DNA of 64,000 nt from Octopus vulgaris (lineage: Eukaryota): positions 98,890,001 to 98,954,000 of the forward strand of contig OX597819.1 of the NCBI GenBank assembly GCA_951406725.2. Direction: 5' to 3'. Made by a program: the position numbers and the translations under genes. Below, piece after piece: positions 17,295 through 26,740 of this stretch (positions are counted from its first letter, which is position 1; every line of letters starts with the position of its first letter). The notes under the pieces are model-generated. The model saw only the letters and a program-made list of their open reading frames with translations, ran no database searches and was not told where the DNA came from.

Positions 17295-17298
<4 letters not shown>
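17034..17298 (+). mobile_element. Dong/R4 3'-terminal fragment, copy 1
   Basis: TETIPIIVGALGMIKKYSDKYITKTPGLTNTYNIQKIALLGTAHILRRTLSIQ*, then 3'UTR and (AAT)n. Confidence 0.88.
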
Positions 17299-17357
<59 letters not shown>

Positions 17358-17622
17358 AAGAACAACAACAACAACAACAAGAACAACAGCAACAACAAGA
17401 ACAAGAACAACAACAACAACAAGAACAACAACAATAACAACAACAATAATAACAATAATAATAATAAGAAGAAGAAGAAGAAGAACAACAACAACAACAA
17501 CAAGAACAACAACAACAACAAGAACAACAACAAGAACAACAACAAGAACAACAACAACAACAAGAACAACAACAAGAACAACAACAATAACAACAACAAT
17601 AATAACAATAATAATAATAATG

Positions 17623-17681
<59 letters not shown>

Positions 17682-17699
17682 AAGAACAACAACAACAAC

Positions 17700-17750
<51 letters not shown>
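17299..17750 (+). repeat. Higher-order compound microsatellite (AAT)n(AAG)n(AAC)n
   Basis: The ordered block repeats about three times and recurs at 18017-18320. Confidence 0.9.
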
Positions 17751-17757
<7 letters not shown>

Positions 17758-18016
17758 TAGAAACAATTCCTATCATAGTAGGTGCATTAGGAATGATAAA
17801 AAAATATTCAGACAAATACATAACAAAAACGCCAGGACTTACAAACACATATAACATACAGAAAATTGCACTACTAGGCACTGCACACATCCTACGCAGA
17901 ACACTTTCCATACAATAACTATCAGAGCATCGCAACAAATCTCAGCACATACCCAAGGCACACAGAGCTGCGCTCGGTAGTGAAGTGAAAGCACGCTATA
18001 AAAATAAAACTACTGA
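17751..18016 (+). mobile_element. Dong/R4 3'-terminal fragment, copy 2
   Basis: Near-identical to 17034-17298, with the same 5' breakpoint. Confidence 0.88.
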
Positions 18017-18267
18017 ATAATAATAATAATAATAAGAAGAAGAACAACGACAAGAACAACAACAAGAGCAACAACAAGAACAACAACAAGAACAAGAAGA
18101 ACAACAACAACAAGAACAACAACAACAACAACAAGAACAACAACAATAACAACAACAATAACAACAACAATAATAACAATAATAATAATAATAATAATAA
18201 TAATAATTATAATAATAATAATAATAATAAGAAGAAGAAGAAGAACAACAACAACAACAACAACAAC

Positions 18268-18318
<51 letters not shown>

Positions 18319-18320
<2 letters not shown>

Positions 18321-18832
18321 GTGTGCCAAGGCCACTTTCCAGAAAGGGAAAGTGTAGACCACAAATTCAGTCGTGATAGATGTTGACACAGTCATAAGAA
18401 AGCTTGAGCAAGAACAAACATACAAATATTTAGGGATAAATGAAGGCTCTGGTATTCAGCATGCAAGCATGAAAGAGAAGTTCAGGAAAGAATGTTATAG
18501 GAGAGTTTGTTCAGTCCTGAAATCTGAACTAAATGCACGTAACAAGGTGTTAGCTATAAATTCCTTAGCAGTTCCAGTTGTTACTTATAGCTACAATGTG
18601 TTGAACTGGAATATGAGTGAAGTAAAGAATATAGATAGGAAAATACGCAAGCTGCTGAGTTGTAATAGGATGCACCACCCAAAGGCAGACGTAGATCGCC
18701 TTTACCTTCCCAGAGCCCAAGGAGGTCGAGGCCTGATCCAATTTGAACTAGCTTACAAAATAACCACAATTGGACTGGCCAAATATCTTGAAATAAAGAA
18801 TGACTGGATGCTAAAGCTCGTGGAAAATCATA
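18319..18832 (+). mobile_element. Internal RT/thumb fragment of another Dong/R4 family
   Basis: KCAKATF...YKYLGINEG...KECYRRV..LKSELNARNK..AINSLAVPVVTYS...HHPKADVDRLYLPRAQGGRGL. Starts directly after (AAT)n. Confidence 0.88.
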
Positions 18833-19379
18833 TTATTATTAATAATAATGCCCTGATACAGTAGTAGTCAGTGGCTCTCATGGCTCTCATATGTAGCAGC
18901 TAGACATTAAGCTGACTTTTAGAGACTTTCGTTCTGCATCTACAACAGGGCACAACTGTGTGTTAGTTCTGTGCTCTTGTGGACTCGTATGTCCATAATT
19001 GCCCGCCCCTGGACTTCATTTCAGCGATAACAACGTTTCCATATTGCACCAAGATGATGATGAGCAACCAGAGTTCGACTTTGTCACCGATGTCCTTCAT
19101 GACGTTTCTCGTACTCCCCTGCTCCAAATACTGTGATATCAGTTTATGGGTAGATGTATGTGAGCTTGTACTTTCGTCTGTTCTTGAAAACAAAGTAAAG
19201 CATACCATGGCATATTCTTTCTCACAATGAAGGAAATTTATCTGTAAGTATCGCCCCTGACTATTCTTTAGAAGATACAAGGGAAATCCTTGAAATTATG
19301 CATTTCAAGGCAAAGGTAAGTTACTTTTCTCTTGCACTAGGGGAATAGCTTCTGGTTGAGATGCATTCATTTTAGAGAC

Positions 19380-19575
19380 TTAATATAAATTTTGGTACAA
19401 GGCCAGCATTTTTTTGTGGGGTGGTGTATTCAAATGGCATATATTTTATAGACCCCAATAAGATGAAGGGCAAAGTTGGCATCTGAGGAATTTGAACTTA
19501 GAATGAATAGATGAACGAAATGCCCCAAGCAATTTACCCGGCGTGATAACGATTCTGCTTGCACGCCGCTTTATT
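19380..19575 (-). mobile_element. Degenerate SINE (family B, Nin/Deu-like core)
   Basis: Diverged match to 22990-23167. Confidence 0.6.
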
Positions 19576-20084
19576 TTAGAGACATAATATTGTAATGCCA
19601 TTTTTTAAGAAAAATATTTCATAGCAAGATTCTTCTTATGTAAAACTATGCTCACAAACGACGTGGTTCACCAGTATTCAAACAGTTTCGTTTAACAATG
19701 TGTGTGAACGCGTGAATATTATTGTTTTTGCCGTATATGCTGTTCTTGTTGTGAAAGTTATGTTTGCAATGTTAGAGCTTTTGTAAGTAAATATTTTTCT
19801 TGTTTCTGAAGTTAGAAATCTGTAAGCTAAATATTGTTCCTTTTTTTCCTTTTTCGGAACTAACTTGGTTTGTTAAGGCTATTGTTTTTCCTTCTTTTTT
19901 TTTTGTTTTGGTGTAAGAACATTCCTATTTAACGGTAGACCATTATTGGCTTGAACTTGGAAAGTGAAAAATAATTTAATTATTTAAATGAAAGTCATCA
20001 AAAAAGGATGTAATGAAGTTGTTATGGGGCTTTAATATAGAGACCAACAGAAGAAAAGAACACTAGCTAGATATCATAAAGGGA

Positions 20085-20280
20085 AAGTTTACGAAAATAA
20101 ACAAAAGACGAAGACAGGTGGTGTACAAAACAAACAGATGTATTAGTATAACGCTCAGGAATAGAAAAAGTCTTTTACGTTTCGAGCCTACGCTCTTCTA
20201 CAGAAAGATACACAGAAAAAAACAAGGAGAGAAACAAGGAGAGAAAAAAATGTGTGTAGTAGCTAACGATCTATCATGGC
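20085..20280 (-). mobile_element. Penelope-like terminal repeat fragment with a hammerhead variant (20171-20208)
   Basis: Minus strand: TCTTT CTGTAGAA GAGC GTAG GCTC GAAACGTA AAAGA. Confidence 0.65.
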
Positions 20281-20289
20281 ATCTGTAAG

Positions 20290-22400
20290 CTATCATAGTC
20301 GTATATAAGAAGAAACTGCTTATTGTAATCGACGAGGCTTGGCCATTTGACATCAAGTAAAAAGAAAGAAAAAAATGGAAATGTAGAGTATCATCTCGAT
20401 TTAATATGAAATCCTCAAGTGACGGAACAGAGAAGTCAGCAAGGTCATGTACTGCCCATTATCACTGAGGCCTTGAGAACAGTGGCAAAGATACGGGAGA
20501 AAACTTTGTAAAGCATGACTTTAAACTAAAAGTGGAAAACATCTCTAGTAAGACACCCAGAAAGTATGAGCTAATATGAAGTAATGAAAACAAAATATGC
20601 TTCTCATCCCAAAGCGTGAGATGTGGTTCGGTAGAAAGCATAATTTTACAAAATACAACACCAATACTGCGCAGCAGCAGAATAGTGATAATAAACAGGA
20701 AGCCAGTTATGATTATAGAGGAAAAAAGTAGTGTATATTATAAAATCATAGGCTTTGCAAAGCCATATAATAATCGAGAGAATATCAAAGAGATTGAGAA
20801 GAATGAGAAATGTCAGGATCTAGTCAGAGAGATAAAGAGATTGTGAAAGACTTAGACGACAATTGTGGTAACTGGCGCTCTTGGAACAACACCGAAATTA
20901 CTACCTAAGACACTGAAAGATATTTGAATGGAGACACGCAATGTCAACCTGCAGAAATGTGTCATATTGTATTCTGCAAAAATCCTAAGAAAGGATTCTT
21001 GTGACTTGAGGAGACTAGTTGTCACAAAACATCAAAACAACAACTTTGCTAACTATGGAAGATAAACGGCAAGAAGTGGAAACAAAACTGAAGGAAGAGG
21101 AAAAATGCATAATAATGATACAGATTACAAAATCTAACTACAATAATACCACAGAGAATAAACGTCTAGAAAAAAAAGCTACCTCTAGAAGATAGGCGGT
21201 ATGCTGCAAAGGCTGATGTTGTAAAGATCGATTATTGATCAGCAAAATAATCGAAATCTATAGAATGAATTAGGAAGGTGATAACATAGCATGGATTGAT
21301 TATTAGAAGGCTTTAATAATGTTACACTCAAGTGGATCCTGGAAGTATCAAACATGAACACAAAATGGCGCTAATAATAAGAAATATTAAATAAATCATT
21401 ACTAAATGTCCAGGAATCGTTAATATAGGCACATAGAAGTGACTTATAGATATTAAATCTATCTCTTTCATTCAGAAAACTAGTATTATAAGGATGACTC
21501 CCTGTCTCGACTCCTTTTCTGCTTGCAACTAGCATATTAAGCCACAGTGTATTCACATACAAATGCTATGAGAAGGCTATCAGCTATCATTTGTAAATAA
21601 AGATCCTCAGTTTGTATGTTGTTGACAGTAAGCAGAAACGCTGCTACAGATGATACAAAGATTTACTTAAAAAATTGGTATGTGATGTGAATTAGAAACA
21701 TGTTTCAAATGAACCTGAAAGTGGGGAAAATATATTAAGAACGCTTGTATTATGCAAGATATAGAAAGAGTGATAAATAAATTGCATCAAATAAAGACTT
21801 ACATATACTTAAGAATCAATGAGGTAGACAGCGTACACTCAAATGAACAGATTATAAAAATAGATTACTGATTGAAAAAAGGTATTTACTACTATCTGTC
21901 TTAGTAGTAAATAATTTTATAATATTCTCAACCAGACGCTAATGAATTAGAAAGACTAAACTGGAAAGCAAGGAAGATGACAACAAAATTTATAATACAA
22001 CATTCCAGACCTCACATAGAAAGACTATATTTACCAAGAATACCGGGTGTTGGGGTTTGTGCATCAAGAAAACTATTATAATGAAGTACTATAAAAATAT
22101 CTAGTAAAGAAAAATGGATAAATGATTCAAATAGCTAGACAAAAACAAACAAAATAATTGTTTTTTCAGTCTCCATGAAAACTGACAAATACAAAACAGA
22201 CTGAAATACAAGTATTTGTGAAGATAAAAGAGAAACAACAGGAATGATGAAACAATTGATCACAAAGGTAAAAGTCGTTCTACAGAAGGCCTTGTTAAAC
22301 GATCGCAGGGAAAGCCTTTTCATGGCCAATGTCTGCAAAAGTTTAAAAAGAAAAACTGAGAAGGCCTGAAATAGGTTAAAAAAAAAGCATCGTGGCTCTG
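20290..22400 (+). mobile_element. Old, degraded RLE-type (Dong/R4-like) remnants
   Basis: IIGFAKPY...KEIEKNEKCQDLVREIKRL, GALGTTPK, and degraded W.DY.KAF and Y.YL.I segments. Confidence 0.6.
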
Positions 22401-22747
22401 ATTGAATAGCACAATACTAAAAGAGCACAATAAACAATAAAAGAGCATACGATGAAGTAGAATATATCCAGTTACTGTAGATTATCTGGAGTTTAGGAAT
22501 TAAAATAAATAATAATAATTAGGGCTACTCAGTTTTAGCCAAGAGAAAAGACATTTCAAACACACAAGTTGCTGCAGCCGAAAGTTGTTGATGTATGTGG
22601 TTGTAACCAGGATTGCATGAGATACCCATACCACACCGAACATATGTATGATTCTGAGTTGACTGACATTCCTCTATTCCCTCCCCTCAATATTCGACAA
22701 GCGTTGAATTCGAACTTAATACATTAGCACACAATGAGCCACACTGT

Positions 22748-23167
22748 TATTTCTTTATTGCCCACAAGGGGCTAAAACTAGAGGAGCCAAACAAGGACAC
22801 ACAAACACATTAAGTCGATTATATCGACACCAGTGCGTAACTGGTACTTATTTAATCGACCCCGAAAGGATGAAAGGCAAAAATCAACCTCGGCGGAATT
22901 TGAACTAAGAACGTAATGGCAGACGAAATACCTATTTCTTTACTACCCACAAGGGGCTAAACACAGAGGGAACAAACAAGGATAGACAAACGGTTTAAGT
23001 CGATTATATCGACCCCCAGTGCGTAACTGGTACTTAATTTATCGACCCCGAAAGGATGAAAGGCAAAGTCGACCTCGGCGGAATTTGAACTCAGAACGTA
23101 ATGGCAGACGAAATACCGCTAAGTATTTCGCCCGGCGTGCTAACGTTTCTGCCAGCTCACCGCCTTC
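22748..23167 (-). mobile_element. tRNA-headed SINE (family B, Nin/Deu-like core) with duplicated body and tail, and a 15-bp TSD
   Basis: Minus head GGCGGTGAGCTGGCAGAA...GTTCAAATTCC; core TTTCATCCTTTCGGGGTCGATAAA; tail ...CCCCTTGTGGG(T/C)A(G/A)TAAAGAAATA present twice. TSD aatgagccacactgt (22733-22747) / aatgagccatattgt (23168-23182). Confidence 0.9.
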
Positions 23168-23229
23168 AATGAGCCATATTGTGCCAACCAGCGACGTACA
23201 TACTGCCCATAGTCAACTGCTGCGTTCCA

Positions 23230-23449
23230 TTGCTACCACCGCAACCATAACCACAATCACAATCACAACCACAACCACAATCACAAACACAACTACCACC
23301 TCTAAACCACCACTGCTTCCGATGCCAACGCTGCCATGTACACCACCACTACAACAGTCACCATCGCCACCGCTATTCCCACAACCACCACTATGACTAA
23401 TAACACAAACACCCCATCCACCAACACCACCACAATTATCGTTCCTCTG

Positions 23450-23487
<38 letters not shown>

Positions 23488-23880
23488 TTAGAGCGGCATC
23501 ATTGCCAGCAACCTGCTGCCATGTTGCAGTTGACGCAAGGTTGGTGGTATTAGCGATCTTTAATCGCTACTACAGACATAGCCACGCGACCGAGTCATTG
23601 CTATCGTGACCATCACCGTTATCAGCGTTATCACCTTCATCATCATCATCATCATCATACCGTCAATATCAACACTGCCACAACCACAACCACCACCACC
23701 ACCCTCACCAACAATAACAACACACCACCGTTGTCACTACCACCACCACCACCACCATCACCACCAAAACCATCATCATCATCATTATCGTCGTCATGCT
23801 GATCATCATCCTTATCATCGTCGTCATCGTTGTCATCGTTGTCATCGTCGTTGCCGTTGTATTCATCATCATCATAATCA

Positions 23881-23913
<33 letters not shown>

Positions 23914-24091
23914 TCATCCTCGTCGTCGTCCTCATCATCATCAATGTCATCATTACAATCATCGCTGTCATCGTTTCATCCTCATTAACGTCTGTCGGCG
24001 CTATCTTAAACCCTATCTTGCAATATAACTGCTGCAGGGTATCGGCAACAGTAGGTTGCAAGAACAGCAAGAAACGGCTGCAAGGGGAAGC

Positions 24092-24124
<33 letters not shown>

Positions 24125-24360
24125 AACAACTGTAATAGCAGCAGCAGCAGGTTACAACCTCGGGAGATGCAGCAACAACACGAAGAAGAAGAACAGCAGC
24201 AGCAGTAGCAGTGACTACAGCTGGTAAAGACAGAAACACAAGTGATGACTTTCGGGCGATGTGGGAATAATGACACAAATGGCCTTAAGATGGGAAATGA
24301 GTCTGTAGTGACTGTGGTGGTGGTGGTGGTGATGGTGGTTGTGGTGGTGGTGGTGAGTCA
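23230..24360. repeat. Compound triplet microsatellite field
   Basis: (CAC/CAT/CGT/CAA/CTA/GTG)n arrays. Confidence 0.9.
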
Positions 24361-25142
24361 TGACTAGATAGTAAAAACAAAAATAGACAATAGCAGCCTG
24401 AGTCATTTTTACACAGTCATATATACATTAAATATGTGTTATGTGTCATCACATAAAATACACATACACACACATATATATACACACTGAGATAGATGGG
24501 TAGATAGCGTTATCTAGATACATACATTGAAACACATATACATGCATATACATTCATAAATACATACATATATACGGATCAATGTGTCTCCTGTCACATT
24601 ACAAATTCCTCGATCAATATGTATATCATAAAAAAACATATTATCACATACATCTATGTGTGTATGTGTGTGTATGTATGTACGTATGTATGTATCTATG
24701 TGTGTATGTATGAATATATGTACGTACATACATATATACATAAACAAATCACTCAGACATGCAGTCCCATCGTCACATCCAACTGTTAATGTGTGTCAAA
24801 CAGATCAGCGTATTCATTTATTCAGACATATGGTGCTGATGATAAGGGTGCTGGCACGATTGTGTAATTAAGAAATACTTGGCAAACACCTAGTTCTGGG
24901 TTCAGTCCCACTTTACGAAATTTTGTGAAAGTATCTTCTGCTACAACTTTGGGTTTAGCCAAGCCTTAATAGAAGTAACTGTTTTGAAGCAGGTTGAAAG
25001 AACTGTATCCGATCTCAGGGGACAGGCTTGGCATCTATCTTCGGCCTGATCTTTGGTTTCCTTTGGCAAAGTCCAGATGGTTCTGAGTATATGAATCAAA
25101 TCTTTTGTCAAAAGATAATCTTAACTCATGATTTTTTTCTTC

Positions 25143-25385
25143 AAGCTAACATGGCAGTCCAAATAAAAAAAAATAGGACGAATGCTACCGTTGATTAGCT
25201 CCAAGAGGCCATCGCCTCAAGGTAGCTATGTGACACACAAACATGTGTCCCTTATAACCTTCGAACAGGGGAGGTTAGCAGCTAATCAACGGCAGCATTC
25301 GTCCTATTTTTTTGGATTGCCATGTTAGCTTGGCGATAACTATTAATATACAGTACCGCTGCCGTAGTCTCCTTTAGAGAGAATT
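25143..25385. mobile_element. Fold-back repeat fragment (about 55-bp inverted arms), same family as 37660-37858
   Basis: aagctaacatggcagtccaaa...ggacgaatgctaccgttgattagct and its inverse at 25280-25331. Confidence 0.75.
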
Positions 25386-25564
25386 AGAAATAATGATATT
25401 TCGATATTTTCTTTCTTTCTCTTCGATGTTGGTGATAATACTTAAAAGTAATGCCATTTCTCTAACTGAGCTATGAAAATTATTCGATCAAGGCGTAAAT
25501 ATTGAAGCATTTCAATGTAGGCAGTTGCATCATATATATTTCTGTTCAATGTACGTTGTTCCAT

Positions 25565-25752
25565 CATAGGACACGGCCTGAATATTTTGGAGAGAGGGCT
25601 AGTCGATTATATCTACTCAAGAGCTCAACTGGTATTTATTTGATCGACCTCGAATGGATAAAAGGCCAAGTCAACCTCAATGGAATTTGAACTCTGAACG
25701 TAAAGACGGACGAAATTCCATTCAGCATTTTTTCCAGGCGTTCTAACGATTC
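25565..25752 (-). mobile_element. Degenerate SINE (family B)
   Basis: tcgacctcgaatggataaaggccaagtcaacctc...ggaatttgaactc matches family B. Confidence 0.65.
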
Positions 25753-25789
25753 CTGATATCGTTATCAACATTCCTGATATCGTTATCAA

Positions 25790-26020
25790 GGCCTAGAAGG
25801 GCAGGTGTATAACTTCCGACGCTGCTGTATCTTTCGAAAGGAATACCTCCATGAAGGTCAAAGACAATTTGACCAGATACAAAGACTTAGAGATCGAAAT
25901 GAACAACATGTAGAATATAAATACCAAATACAATACCAGTGGTCATTGAAGCAGGAGAACTCATGAAGTAGAGAAAGGACACGTTCAGCAAGCAAAGAAA
26001 ATACGCGATACCAAATTACG
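25790..26020 (+). mobile_element. Degraded RLE endonuclease fragment
   Basis: DAAVSFERN...RYKDLEIEMNNM...IPVVIEAG. Confidence 0.55.
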
Positions 26021-26419
26021 ATATATGTTTATACAGTAAGCTTAACGTAAAATTCTACATTAAGTCTCCTATGTAAACAGATGTCGTAAATTGGGTAACA
26101 TATAAATTTAATTCTTGTATTGCAACACATTTCTTTTTCAACTCTTTGATAAAAGCTATCACCGGAAGCGTTAAAATCTATTCTGTTTCCTCCACTGATG
26201 TATTTATTTTCATTGTGCACGTTTTTCATTGTCTTTTTTCTTTTCGTTTTATATTCCTACCCTTTTACTGTCACGAACTTTCGTTTGTCCGACTACGCGT
26301 ATTATTTACTTGCTTTTCTCACTCTTTCCTCATTATCATCTCATTTGCTTTATTTGTATAACATTTGTCCAAGCAGACCAAATCACCCCTTCTTCGCTGA
26401 TTGACCACAACTACCATTT

Positions 26420-26490
<71 letters not shown>

Positions 26491-26554
26491 GTCTGTCTGT
26501 CTGTCTGTTTGGCTGGCTGCCTGCCTGCCTGCCTGTCTGCCTGCCTGCCTGCCT
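26420..26554 (+). repeat. (TCTA)n(TCTG)n(GCCT)n compound microsatellite
   Basis: Directly visible. Confidence 0.95.
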
Positions 26555-26740
26555 GGCGTGGGTGTGTGGTAACTAGCTTGCTTACCAAATTTGCTTCCAA
26601 ATTTGAATACTGTCAAGAATGTGCTTTTGTAGCCGTCCTGAATTGAAAAAATATTGAAGGCGTGACTGTAAGGTAGGCATCTTTTTTTTTTAGTGGTTTT
26701 GTTGTTTGATATTGTTTTTTTCTTTTTTCAAAAAAGAAAT

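Noticed and set aside
23606-24028. His/Arg-rich 140-aa ORF as a metal-binding or protamine-like protein
   Set aside because: Product of (CAT)n/(CGT)n triplet arrays; other frames are equally open.
25749-25790. 21-bp direct duplication attcctgatatcgttatcaa
   Set aside because: Simple local slippage at a repeat junction with no insert between the copies.
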